Shown piece after piece: positions 39,490-52,760 of a stretch of 64,000 nucleotides of DNA. The first letter of the stretch is position 1, and every line of letters starts with the position of its first letter. The notes beneath the pieces were generated by a model. The model made no database searches, had not been told where the DNA came from, and worked only from the letters and a program-made list of their open reading frames with translations. Both the position numbers and the translations under genes were made by a program. The stretch lies in the NCBI RefSeq assembly GCF_020745735.1, contig NC_083404.1, positions 37,261,731 through 37,325,730 of the forward strand. Direction: 5' to 3'. Origin of the DNA: Hemiscyllium ocellatum (Eukaryota).

Positions 39490-39930
39490 TATATAACCAG
39501 TACGCACAGTAATAGGTGGCCGTGTCCTCTTTCTGTAATTTTTCGATTCTGAGGGAGAATCCGTTTTTGTTAAAATTCCAAGCTTTGAACCGATCACCAA
39601 ATCCCGGATCCCGCGTTGTGCCTGATCCATAATAAAGGATTCGGGTGGGTGCCTGACCGGGTTTTTGCTGGTACCAGTGAAGGGGGTAATTGTCACTGAC
39701 GGTTATTCCTTCGACTTCGCATTTGAATTGAGCGATTTTACCCACATTTTTGGTAATAGATGGGACAGTCTGTTTCAATGTTTGTGCAAAATATCCGCCT
39801 AAGGAAAGAATATACAGGGTTACAAATAACCGCTTGGTGGTTGCAAATGAACAACGATATCTGAATAATAGCGTCAGAAACACATACAGGGCAAAGCGGT
39901 TACCACAATGAGCCAGTAATACAGCGACAT
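39490..39930 (-). CDS. TRGV: TCR gamma V segment, family B copy 1 (intact)
   Basis: Leader 39930-39888 (MSLYYWLIVVTALP, donor GTATGT), 89-nt intron, V exon 39798-39490: CGYFAQTLKQTVPS..QFKC..LHWYQQKPGQAP..EDTATYYCAYWLY. Confidence 0.94.
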
Positions 39931-41497
39931 GTTCACACGGTCTTCAACTGTTCTCTCAAGCAGCTGGATAGAAACTAAAAAAAAATGAATCACTTCTTTC
40001 AAGCCAATCAGTGAGACATTGGTCAGGGTTGAACCCCGCCCCCTGCCCTCCAGGTCGGTTATTTGCAATATAAACAGAAAATGTTGGAAATACTCCAGCA
40101 GCAGCTGTGGAGAGAGAAACCGAGCTAACGTTTCAGAAACCTGAGCTGGAAAACGCTGAGATGTCGACAGGGTTTTTAACCCAGAGAGAAGGCAGGGAAA
40201 TAGGGAAGGGGGAGGTATCAACCAAAGGGAAATCTGTGACCGGGTGGAGGATGGGAGAGTTGGATATCTCAATGGATAGTGGTGCAAGGGAAACAGTGAT
40301 AGTAATGGGAAGTAAAAGCTGGGTCCAGAGGATGTGGAAACAGCAACAGCAGAATCATGAGGTTTAATTGGATCCTGAACATCTGAGCATTTTAGGGGGT
40401 GGGAACTCCATTTTCGGCGCTTTCTGAAATCATCCCTGAGTGACCCGGCTCTAATTTTAAGATTTTGTCCAATCTTTCCGGATCTTCCCCACCACAGAAA
40501 TTTATTATTCTTTATATAACATCTCCCAGATCTTTCTCATTTCAAGTATATTTGAAATCGCAAGTTTTGGGAGCGCTGCTCCTTCGTCAGGTAAAAAGTC
40601 TGACCTCTGATTTTGTCCAACTCCGGCTGTTCCGCATCCTTTCCAGCCGCTCAATTAGATCGGCCCTTCACCATTGAAGGGCATGCCAGCCAAAATAGTT
40701 GAATCTGTCTTCATCACTTAACTCTCTTGGTTGTGAATGAAGGAGACATTCTAGAATGTCTTTTTTTCTCTCAAGCTGTTGCAGTCGAGTATTGGACGAA
40801 ATAACATCAGGTGCCTCCAGGTCCAGGTCAACGACCCCTTATTGAGCCAACACTGGGTAAGTTTACGCCAAAAAAGACTCCAAGGTCGCACTCAAGCTCA
40901 ACGAGAATTAATTGGATATTTATGCATTCTGTCACGTAGACAGTACAGTGCTCGAATTCAGCAATAGCCTGTTTTAGAAAAACACATTGTTTCTGTACAT
41001 TCCAAAAGTGACAGTCCCACACCCCTCCCGATCGTCCCAGGTGCCATCCCATCTCCTCTCTGAAACCGGTGCTACATTCCAATCCTTGACTAAAACGGAG
41101 GCAAAAGCAAAACTCTCTGGAAAGCTCTCAGCAGGGAGCCTTCCTCAGAAATCAGTTCTCGGAACAGCAAGGGTCACTCCACACGAAATGTTAACTCGGA
41201 TTTCTCTCCGCTGATGCGCCCAGACCTGCTGAGCGTTTCCCGGTAATTTGATTTTGTTTTTGATTTGCAGCATTCGCTGTTCTTTCGGTTTTTATTGTGT
41301 TAATTGCCCCCTCACAAGTCAAAATAAAAAGGCAGCTTCAAATACACATCCGCCGACATATATTTAGCCTCGCATTGAATTTTTTTTAACAATGTATCCT
41401 TTGAGACACTTTGGGACGATTTAGTATGTTAACGGCGCTTTATAAATAGGAGTTAATGTTTGTGTGGTGGCGGAGGGAGGAGCGATCTGAAGCGCCG

Positions 41498-41536
41498 TGT
41501 TTTTGTTAAGCATTTCTGCCTCTGTTGAACACTGTG
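41498..41536 (-). other. 23-RSS of TRGV-A2
   Basis: CACAGTG (41536-41530), 23-nt spacer, ACAAAAACA (41506-41498). Confidence 0.97.
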
Positions 41537-41944
41537 CTATCCCAATAGGCGCAGTAATAAGTGGCAGCATCTTCCTTCACGATATCATTGATTATCAAAG
41601 TGCACACAGTGTTCTGCTTATCCGCTTTAAACCTGCTGCCGAATCCCGGATCCCGATTGACCTTGCTGTCATAATAAAGTATTCTGGAGGGCGTCTGACC
41701 CTCTCGGTGCTGGTACCAATGGACTATAGTGCTCCCGCTGTCTACGGTACACTTAAATCTGACACTTTTACCGAGCTTGCTCACATATGACATCGGTGTC
41801 TGTGAGAAACATTCACCCAAACGCCCATCTGAAAAAAAAGAACAAAATTCGATTGAAAACGATGATGAATGGTGGACTAACATGACGTCTAAATAAATAT
41901 AAGTACGTACAAGATAATACTAGCGCCACAATCACCCGGAACAT
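41537..41944 (-). CDS. TRGV: TCR gamma V segment, family A copy 2 (intact)
   Basis: Leader 41944-41911, intron 41910-41829, V exon 41828-41537 (292 nt, same as A1), open to YYCAYWDS. Confidence 0.94.
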
Positions 41945-43049
41945 CGTGCAGGGACCGGCTCGCTCTGTACTCTGTTCCTGCTGCTCAGGGTTATGACAAT
42001 AAATGAGGCAAGGTGTCTTCCGTTCCCCTCCTCAAAGGCGGGAATTTCCTTGCTCAGCATAAATTGAACCCCCCAGTTGAGTCTCTCGTTTATAAAACGT
42101 GAGAAGACTTATTCTCCGCCTCTTTAACCGTTTCTCGTTTGTTTCTTTAGATTTCACAGTCATCGGAAGTGTTAATTCAAAATTCAGTTTAAGATTGTAA
42201 CTGAAGCAGCTCCGAGTTAACCTGTTCGCTCAAGCCATGCTGAGAGATGGGAGCCGGCAGAATTGGTGGAGGGGCAGAGGGATGTGGGAACAGAGTGAGT
42301 GGGGGCGAAGAGTGAAACAGACACAACGGGGGCAAAACGATCAAATTGAACTGTGAATTCGCTCCACTCTCTCAAAGGGTAGATTCCAAATACATTATCA
42401 AAGAAATATCTGCTCTGGAATCCGAATTAGCTGAATTAAAGCTATTGTTTATGATCCCGTTGATCCCAAAAGAAAGCATCCCCAACAAAGATCTACGTTC
42501 GGGGTACAAGTGGTTATGTTATTGAATTTACTGAATTCATCATCTAATGGTTTAATGACCTGGAAGTATGAGATGAAATTCCATCACGGGGCCTGGAATT
42601 TTAATTTCTGACAGTTATGCCCAGTTTTAAAAGCAGCAACAGCAAAAAACCGATTGAAGAGATTGTCGTTAAAAGAAATACCCTTCCCGGGGTGAAGTCT
42701 GCCCTCATTACCGAGTCTGGCCTGTATGTGATTCCGGATCCACAATAATTGCTGCCCGAGGAAAAGCCCAACAGCTACTCGAAATGAAACACTGTCACAC
42801 CACCCTGAGAGTACCGGCATCACAGACCGTCCCTTCGAGGATTATCATCACCACGTTCCGCTGGACAATTCAAAGCAGCCTCGTCAGTTTGACTGAATTT
42901 AACAAAAACAAATTCCAACTGACTGAGTCTGAGTTCTGGAAAGTATATAATTGAGATGATCTGATAATGCTATGCACACTTTGGAACTGTCTTACCGTCC
43001 TCTTGATCTGTTACATACATTTGTGAGAACAATGATAATCTGTTTTGTC

Positions 43050-45190
43050 ATCGAGTCACGGAGCTGTACAGCATGGAAACAGACGCTCAGGTCCAACCCT
43101 TCCATGCCGACCAAATATCCGAAAGAGTTCTAGTCTCATTTGGCCCAAATCCCTTTAAACCCTTCCTATTCATATACCCATCCAGTTGCCTTGTCGATTT
43201 TGTAATAATACCAGCGTCCGCACCACCCTGTGTGTGAAAAAGTTGCTGCTTACATCCCTTTAAAATATTTCCCCTCGCATCTCGGGGGAGGGAGGAAGAG
43301 AGGAAGGGGTTGGGGGAAGGGGGCTGAGAAATTAACAGGAGAGGGTGAGGCTGGAGGAAAGTAGCTTGGAAGGTGATAGTTAGGTGCAGATGGGGTTGGT
43401 GGTGATCGGAGCAGAGGGTGGAAGGGAGAGGTGAGAAGCAAGATGCACAGGCGGGATAGTTCAAGAGGGCAGTATTGCGTTTGGAGGATTGAATATGGGA
43501 TGAGTTGAGGGGAGGGGAGATGAAGAAACTGGTGAAATTGACAGTCATGCCATGTGATTGGAAGGTCTCAAGGCAGAAGATGGGGTATACTTCCTCCAGG
43601 TGACAGGTGGCTAGGATTTGGTGGTGAAGGAGGCCCAGGACGTGAATATTCTTGGCGGAGTGGGAGGAGGTGTTGAAGTGGTCGGCCACAGGATGGTGGG
43701 ATTGTTTGATGCTCATGTCCCAGAGATGTTCTCTGAAACCTTTTGTGATTGGCATCCTGTCTCCCCAATGTAGAGGAGAGCATGTCGAGAGCAATGGACA
43801 CAGTAGATGAGGTGTTTGGATGTGCAGGAAAATCTCTGCCAGATGTGGAAGGATCGTTTGGGGCCTTGAATGGAGGAGGGGGCTTGGTGTGGACATAGGT
43901 TTCACATATCTTGTGGTAACAAGGGGAGGAATGTGGAATGTGGGTTGGTGGGAGGCATGGACCTAATGAGGGACTCTGGGAGAAATGGTCTCTGCAGAAT
44001 GTTGATGGGGTAGGGAGAGAAATATATCTCTGTTGGCGGAGTCTCCTACTTTGAGGACAGCAATTTTCCCTCCCATGTGGTCAATGATGTCCTCCAGCAC
44101 AACTCCTCCACTTTCTGTACCTCCACTCTTGAACCCCACACTTCCAATCCCTTGGTCTCACATTCCACCCCACCAATCTCCGTATACAATGCATCACCCT
44201 GTGCCATTTCCACAACCTACAGTCAGACCTACACTGGTCACAGGCCTCCAGTCTGAAAAAACCCTCCATTACCACCTTTGAGCCAGTTCTGCATCCAAAT
44301 GGCTAGTTATCCCTGTATTCCATATGATCTCAACTTGCTAATCAGTCTACCATGAGCAACCTTGTGAATGCCTTACTGAAGTCAATATAGATCACCTCCA
44401 CCACTGTCTCTGCATTAATACTCTTCATTACTTCTTCAAAAAACTCAATCAAGTCAGTGAGACAAAATTTCCCATGCACAAAGCCATGTTGACTATCCTC
44501 AGTCAGTCCTTGCCTTTCCAAATACATGTAAATCTTATCACTCAGGATTCCGTCCAGCAACTTGCCCACCACCGATGTTAGGCTCACTGGTCTAAAGTTC
44601 CCTGGCCTTTCCTTACCACCTTTCTTAAATTGTGGCACCACATTAGCCAACCTTCAGTTTTCCAGCACCACACTTGTGGCTATCAATGATACAACTATCT
44701 CAGCAAGGGGCCCAGGAATCATTTCTCTCACTTCCCACAGATTTATGTGGACACATGATCAGCTCGTACGGATTTATCTACCTTGCTGTGTTTAAGATTA
44801 TCAACAATACCTCCTCTCTATAACAGTTTTCAAAGTGTTTTTTTTCTATTTCCCCATGTTCTCCATCTTCCATATCCTATTCCACAGTATAAAAAAAGTG
44901 ATGCAAAACACTCATTTAGCATTTCCCTGATCTCCTGCAATTCCACACTCTAGCAGCCTTGCTGATCCTTAAGGGGCCCTATTCTCTCCGTAGTTACTTT
45001 TTTGTCCTTAACATATTTGTCGACTGCCTTTGGATTCTCCTTAACACCATTTGCCACTGCTACCTCATTTCCTTTTTATATCCTCCTGATATCCCTACTG
45101 CCTTTAAATTATTTGAAGGATTCACTCAATCTCTGCTGTCTATACCTAAGATATGCTTCCTTCGTATTCTTGACCAATCCTCAATTTCTT
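43050..45190 (-). mobile_element. CR1 fragment interrupted by a Penelope fragment
   Basis: CR1 3' end at 43050-43265; CR1 RT ORF 44342-44650 (WRMANV..NFRPVSLTSVV..QHGF). Confidence 0.85.
43270..44190 (-). mobile_element. Penelope-like element, GIY-YIG region
   Basis: Minus frames give LLYIGET.. and FREHL..HPVADHFN..SHS..VLGL..LEE..IFCLETFQSHG, the PLE endonuclease C-terminus; a short inverted piece lies at 44030-44150. Confidence 0.75.
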
Positions 45191-46254
45191 CAGACATCCA
45201 GCATTATGTTCAGCTTGTGATTTGCCTGGGATCTAAGGCAACTCATTCCCTTCAAAATAGACTAACTACTGGGAAGGTAGTTCTGAGGAAGGGCATTGAA
45301 CCTAAATTTTTAACTCTGATTTCTCTCTTCGGATACTGTCAGACTGCTAAGCCTTACCAGCAATTTCTGTTTTTGTAATGACTGACAGCAGACATTCCTA
45401 GAGATTCGGTGAACCCTAAATGTTATTGATCCTTCTTAAAAGATTTGGAAACTACTAATTGGAATGTAAAGAGTGCATTTACTCCACATTTTGATACTTG
45501 AATGACTCATAGATTCTTGCATCACAAATGGAGGCTATTCAGTCTATTCTGCCTGTGGCACGGTTTTGAAAAAAAACCCATAAGATTAGAGACATCCTCT
45601 TCTCTATTTCCTGTTGGCACTGCAAACCTATTTTGCCTAGAACAATTTATCTCATACAGTTTTAAAAGTCACAATTGAATTAGCACACATCATCTTGCTA
45701 ATTGCATTCTCCTGCACATAAACCTTGCTGTGCAAAGTGCTCATGTCTCTTCTTCTATGGTCAGTTACATACACTTTGGTTCCTTTAGTTAAAAATATGA
45801 CTGTCAATGGAAACATTTCGTTTTTATTCTCCTGAGAAAAACTGTGCATGACCCTCACACACCTCTATCAAATCTTTTTAAACTTCTGCTGCTCTAAGGA
45901 GAACAACCCAGATCTGAGATTCCCCATCCCTGCTTGCATTATCTCCAACCTCCATGTACTCCTGGCATATGGTTTGGGACATCTTTCTAAAAGGTTGTAC
46001 CTCGATATTGCCATAATGATCCCAGTTGTATTTTATGAAAGGTTGGCATGCCTTTTCTGCTTTTCATTCTGTGCCTCTTCATTGAACCCATTTCTTCCTA
46101 TTGTATTTAATGGGAGGTTTGTTGGTGATGTTTGTTTATGATCCATTGTCAACAGAGCTGACCAATTCACGTAGCAGATATCTGCCATCTAGCAGGTGTA
46201 CCCTGAAATTGCCCCTAGTGAGAACATAGGCAAAAGTGAGGACTGCAGATGCTG

Positions 46255-46360
46255 GAAATCAGAGTCTGGATTCGAATGGTGCTGGAAAAGCACATCAGGT
46301 CAGGCAGCATCTGAGGAACAGGAAAATCGATGTTTCAGGCAAAAGCCCTTCATCAGGAAT
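46255..46360 (-). mobile_element. Penelope-like remnant with near-intact hammerhead motif
   Basis: Minus strand ATTC-CTGATGA-AGGGC-TTTT-GCCT-GAAAC-ATC-GAT; the stem III palindrome is broken. Confidence 0.6.
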
Positions 46361-49300
46361 CAGAATTGTCTGACCAGTTTTCCAGCACCACTCTCATCTA
46401 GACCGAGTGAGAACATGTCATAACTTTGGGTTTATGCTTTATATACGCATGGTTTCTATACCTGTCCTAAAACAAAAGAAGGACCTTGTCATACTTTTGA
46501 AAACAGCCTTTTCTCCTTATTCTGTCAACTCTTGTGTACCCTGTTTTGTAGTTTCCATCTTTTTAAAGAGCAGTGATTCACGCTGTTGGAAACCTTTGCA
46601 CACTCCTCTAATGTCAGAATTTGAAAATAAGCATTTCCAATGCTTTCCATTTTAATTCATCGCCATGCCCTCTTCCTCACAATTCTGAGCTTGACCTGTT
46701 GCATGTTCAATTGAAATTCAATGCAAGCTCAAAGACTAATACCTCATTTCCAATTAGGCACTTTACAGCCTTATGGACTCAATATTGATATGAGCAGTTT
46801 CAGAACTTTGTTCCCAGTTTTAATTCTGATTTAATTCCATGTGTCAGTCTGATAAATGTCTTCCTTGTGTTTGTTTTTGGAGTTGTTCATTATTCTATTC
46901 TTCATACTAAATGTGGACAAATGCTTTGTTTCATTACAACAACCATAACCAATCCTTTTGCCTTTTGCTCTGTATCATCTTTGGCATTTAGTGTCTTTTT
47001 GTCTATCCCAAGTCCAGACCTGTCTTTTGCTCTTCCTCTGTTCCATCTCTTCCCTCTTTTCAGTTGCAGAAAGAAGCATTAAGTTTAAATCAAAACAATA
47101 ATTCTGCTTCTCTATCCACAGGTGATGCCAGACCCATTGAGGATTACAAGTATTTTTTCCATTTATTTCTCATGATTGGATGATTTTCTGTAGTTGAATA
47201 ACTGCAGGGGAAGAACGGCAAATGTGAGACAGTTGCACTGTGAGTTTTTCTTCTAAGTTGCCAGCAAACACATGTTGAATGGTTTCTTCTTATACCATAG
47301 CCAATCCATAATTCAGTGCTTTGGAAGTACTGGTGTTGGACTGGGGTATACAAAGGTAAAAATCACACAACACCAGGTTATAGTCCAACAGGTTTAAATG
47401 GAAGCACTAGCTTTTGGAGTGCTGCTCCTTCATCAGGTGGCTGTGGACATGAGGGGAGTTATCTCATGAGCAAGTTTACTTCATCATTCAATAAGATCAT
47501 GGCTGATTTGATTACTCCACATTCCAGTCTGCAACAACCTTTCACTGCATTCCACCACAGAACCCTCCCCCCTCCCCGACCCCATCACTTATGAATAATC
47601 TATCTGCCTCTGCCTTCAAATCATGCAAACAATCTGTTTCCATCAATATTTGAGGAAAAGCATTCTAAAGACTCATGAACTCATGTGAGAAAGAAAGTTA
47701 GTGACCCATAGTTGATTCCTAGTTCTGGACTTTCCAAACAATGGGGGCGGTGGGAACATCTTTTCTATTTCCACCCTGTCAAGTTCCCTCAGGATCTTGT
47801 ATATTTCACATTGTTGCCTCTTACTCCTTTAAACTCTAGCCAGTACAAAGTTAACTTTCTTTCAGGTATCATCCATTCCAGACTTTTGTCTACTTTAAGA
47901 ATAAAACAAAAGAAACGTTTATTAACAACAGAATCAGAGAAAAACAATTACAAAACAATCCACTAGATTATTAAGAACACAGTCGTAATATCCCAAAAAC
48001 CCTTTGTAAATTGAACAGAATCAGCTCTGCATCACAAGGTACACTCTGGATCAACTCACAAACATGTTGCAAATCAAGAAAAAAATTTAGTTGCTGAATT
48101 CCTAGCAAGACCAAGTCCAGCTGATGAACTCTCTTCATTTTCAAAAAATACTTTGGAATTGTACATACCATTTTCTTAATAGTTATTTTTAAATTCCAGA
48201 TTTAGCTTGTTTCAATGCTATACTATCCCTTCAATACCTTTCTTTATAAGGACCTCAAATACTTAAATTCACTTATTTTCGATTAAATGTGTATCAATTT
48301 GCTGGTCTAGGATTAATAATAGCTTTTATTCTAAGAGGATATCACAGCTTTAAATTCCTTTCTAGGGAATACTGCCTGGCACATTTTACTCCATCAAATG
48401 ACTTCTGTGCATTTCAAATCTTGAGAAATGTTTCTCCCTCAAATGAGTTCCCAGCAGTAGCTAAAAATGAAAGTCAGTGTCTCAAACATTCTTCCACTAA
48501 GTCCTTTGTGTAGTTACCTTCCTCTCACTTGAAATCATGGCCATTAAAAAGTTATTGCAAGTTCAACCACACTAACAAACCCACATTTTTAAAATTAGAT
48601 TTTCAAGAATCCAAAAGTACAGCATGCAGTGTTAAAATAGATAAATAAATCTGTTTTGTCACCTGCAAAAATGGGCAGTTTCATACTTAGCCATATTATG
48701 TTCCATTTCCAAGATCTTTGCCCACTCTTATAATTTATTCTTTACTCCTTGTATAGCCTGCTTAAACCCTCTTCATAATTTAATTTCCTACCTATATTTC
48801 AAACATTTGTGTCATGCAATCTCTCTTTACCACATCCACGGTGTCATTTATTATATAGAGCCTTATACTCTGGAGTTTAGACTGAGAGATGACTGAATTG
48901 AAATACAGATTTTTGGAAAGGTCTTGACAGGATAGACACAAGTCTTGATTCTCCTGAATGAAGGATCTGGAACAAGAGTGGAAGGGGCCATATCTTCAGG
49001 TTAATGAGTTGATTGTTCTGGACTAGAGTGAGAGAATTTTCTTCATTTCAGGTCGTGAACCTTTGGAACTTTCTACCCCAAAGCATTGAGGTCAGCTCTG
49101 AATATATATTCAAAGCCCACTTGACAAGAATGTTGTTCTTTCAGTGAATCGGAGAGGTGGGGTATTGAGACAAAGCGTCAGTCATAATTGTTTTAAATGA
49201 TGGAGCAGGCTCTGGGAAACATGCTTTATTCCTGTTCCTGTTTCATTTTGTCACTTGCAATTTTTGTCTTTTTGCTTCTTCCAATGGCCGTTTGAAATAA

Positions 49301-50488
49301 ATGCAGATGAATCCACGGGGCACGATGAAAGCAACTGACATCTTTTGGAGCCCTGACCAATACTTATCTTCAATTACCATCACTAAATTAGATCTTTTAC
49401 ATTTATTTTACTATTCTTTGAGGGATCTTGTGTGCAACTTGGCTGCTTCAGGTCTGTGACTTACAGCAGCTTTAACAATATGATTATTATTGGGAGGTCT
49501 CCTGTTTATGAAATATAGAATGGTAACTGAGAGTAGGCTGATCCATTCAGCTGTTTGAGCCTGTTCCACCATGCAATATGACCATGCCTGATCCAGTATC
49601 TCAGTGTCGTATTTCCCCATTCACCCCATACCCCTTGATGCCTTCAAAAGAAGACGACACTATCTCTTGCAACATGCAAAGCAAATATCAATCCTTTCTA
49701 ACAAATTCCATCCAGATCCACATTTGAAGCAGTAGATAATTCATTTGATTGAAAGTTAAATTAATCCACCTCACATCTGTGAAATGTATCTGTCATCTGA
49801 CCCAGGAGTGTAATTCTTCAAGAATATATATATCCTGTTCTGCAATGGATCCTATTCATTCAATCATGTGCTGAGGACAAGTTTTCCAAAGTTTCACTTT
49901 GTTGGCCAAATTTAGATAAAAATGTGTCAGAACCTCATATGCTGTGTTGTGAGTTGCCTTTCTTGGGAAAACCAGCATTATTCTGACAGCTCAGAAACCA
50001 CCTGCTCCAAACAGTTGGCCTCCTCTACCAGTGTCTATATTCCAAATGTATACCTTTGCTCGGATTCACTATGTAAACAAAGTCGCCATAGTCTGAGAAG
50101 ACAATAGGTCTGCTCTCTCGTTTAGAGAGAGCTGACTGGTGGTAGTTTAGCCCGAGGCTCACTGTGCCTCAGGTTAGGTGAGAAGAAAAATATACCCCTT
50201 CAAGTCAACTTCACCCAGTTCTGGAATTGAATCAAAGTTGAGGGCACCATTCTGCATCACTAAGTAGTTTTCCAGTTAACAGCGCTAACAGAAATAGTGA
50301 TCAAGGGAAATGTTTGAACACTGGTTGCAATTGCAATCAGCACACACGACAACTCAGCTGCTTCGGTATTGGTTCCATGAGAAGAACTGTGGAGACTACA
50401 TGGGAAAGAGGTATATTCCTCAAATTTTCTTTTTAATAAGGGAATACATTTTTGTTATATATCTGATCCCAATCCTGCAATTGCACTG

Positions 50489-52760
50489 AGAGAGTCATAG
50501 CGATATACAGCATGGAAACAGACACTTTGGTCGATCTTGTTCATGTTGATCAGCTATCCTCAACTAACCTAGTCCCATTGCTAGCATATGGCCTGTATTT
50601 CTCTGAACCATTCCTATTCATGTACCCATCCAGATACCTTTAAAATGTCGTAATTGTACCAGCCTCCACCACTTCCTCCAACGATTTATTCTATCCATTC
50701 ACCATCTTCTGCATGAAAAAGTTAAATCATTTTCCTCTCACTTTAAACCTATGTATCCTGGTTTTGAACTCCCCTACCCTGGGAAAAAAAACCTAGGTTA
50801 TTCACCTTATCCATGCCCCTCATGATTTACAAAAACTTCTATAAGGTCACCCCTCAGCTTTCAACATTCCAGGGAAACAGGTCCAGCCAGTTCAACCTCT
50901 CCCTGTCACTCAAACACTCCAACCCAGCAACATCCTTGTAAATATTTTCTGAATCTTTTCAAGTTTCATGTCTTTCCTACAGGAGGGAGAACAGAATTGA
51001 ACACAGTATTCCAAAATTGTCCTGTACAATATTCCAGTGTCCTGTACAGCCACAACATAGTATCCCAATGCCTATACTCAATGCACTGACCAATACAGGC
51101 AAGCACACCGAATGCCTATATCATTCCCTTTCTACCTGTGACTCTACTTTCAAGTAAATGTGAATCTGCACCCCCAAAATGCACTACCTAGGTGCCTACC
51201 ATTAAGTTTGCGAGTCCTGCTCTGATTTGCCTTACCAAAATACACCTCACATTTATCTAAATTAAACTTCATCTGCCACTCCTTGAACCATTTGATCAAG
51301 GTCCTGTTATACTCTGAAATAACCTTCTTCACTGACAACTATTCCACCAATTTTGGTTTTATCTGCACAGTTATTTATTATAACTCCTACATTCACTTTC
51401 GAATAATTTATATAAACCACAGAAAGCAATGGACACAGCACCAACCCTTGCAGTACATCACTGGTCACAGGCCTTCAGTCTGAAAAGCAACCCTCCAACA
51501 CCTCCTCTGTCATTTATCTTCTTTTGTATCTAAATAGCTAGCTCTCCCTGAATTCCATGCGATCTAACTTTGCCAACCACTCTACATTGTTGAATGCCTT
51601 GCTGAAGTCCACACAGGCAACATCTACTGCTCTGCTTTTATCAATCTTCTTTGTCCCTTCTTCAATACACTCAATCAAGTTATTGAGATGCAATTTCCCA
51701 TGTATAAAGTCAAGTTGACTATCCCTAATCAGTCCTTGCCTTTTCAAATGCATGTAAATCCTAGACATCAAAGCCCCCTCCAAAAAAAACTTACCAACCA
51801 CTGATGTCAGGCTCACCAGTTTTTATTTCCCTGACTTTCTTACCAATTTTATTAAATAATGGCATCACATTAGACAATCTCCAGTCTTCCGGCACCTCCC
51901 CGGATGAAACAAATATCTCAGCAAAGGGTGCAGCAATCACTTCTGTAGCTTCCCACAATGTTCTGGGAGATACCTGATCAGGTCCCAGGGGTATATCCAC
52001 CTTCATGCATCTTAGGCCCTCCAGAACCTCCTCCTCTGTAAAATAGACATACTTCAAGATATCACTGTTTATTTCTCCAAGTTGCCTAGCTTCTATAGCC
52101 TTCTCCACAGTAAATAATGCTCCAAAATATTTGGTTAGTATCTCACATCTTCTGAGGCTTCTCACATAGACGACCTTGTTGATCTTTAAGGAGCCTACAT
52201 CTCTGTCTAGATATTCTTTTGTCCTTAATGTATTTGTAGAATTTCTTTGGATTCTCCTGAGCCCTATTTGCCAAAGCTACCTCATATCCCCTTTTTGCCC
52301 TCCTAATTTCCCTCATGAATTTACTCCTACTGCCCTTAAATTCCTTGAGGAATTCACTTGATCCCTGTTGCATGTACCTGACATATGCTTCCTTCTTACT
52401 CTTGACAAAACCTTCAATTTCTCTAGTCATTTAGCATTCCCTATGCCAACTTTGTCCTTCTCATTGACATGAATATATTGTCTCTGGACTCTTGTTATCT
52501 CATTTTTAAAGGTCTCCCATTTACCTGCAAATAGCCTCTCCCAATCAATTTTTGCCAAACACTGTAAAAATTGGCCATACTCCAATTTAAAACTTTAACT
52601 TTTAGATCATGTTTATCCTTTTCAACAATTATTTTAAAACTAATAGAATTATGATCACTGGCTCCAAAGTACTCCCCCACTGATACCTCAATCACTTGCC
52701 CCGCCTACTTTCCAAAAGAAGGTCATGTTTTGTTCCTTGTCCAGTTGGCACACTCACATA
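50489..52760 (-). mobile_element. Degenerate CR1 (duplicate of 32872-35160)
   Basis: Paired ORFs 51538-52695. Confidence 0.88.

Larger units (their letters stand above)
31240..48854. repeat. Tandem segmental duplication, copy 1 (17.6 kb)
   Basis: Collinear with 48855 onward. Offset is 17615-17617 until 36368, then 18235-18253; many paired identical ORFs appear in the track. Confidence 0.97.

Noticed and set aside
42617-42750. Short plus-strand ORF containing LITESGLY, resembling a Bro-N motif
   Set aside because: It is only about 43 codons, and the homologous segment at 12.0-12.4 kb does not keep the frame; most likely chance.
43087-43905. 272-aa minus ORF (duplicate at 61327-62145) as a novel gene
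   Set aside because: It is a chimera of frameshifted Penelope GIY-YIG sequence, a pyrimidine-rich 3' tract and a CR1 tail.
1841-45190. Apparent bias of CR1 insertions to the V-sense (minus) strand
   Set aside because: About eight minus vs three or four plus fragments is too few, and duplicated copies are not independent.
47236-47242. Isolated heptamer-like CACTGTG/CACAGTG hits (also about 957, 20365, 32545, 36108, 39257)
   Set aside because: I saw no nonamer at 12 or 23 nt and no V, D or J coding flank.
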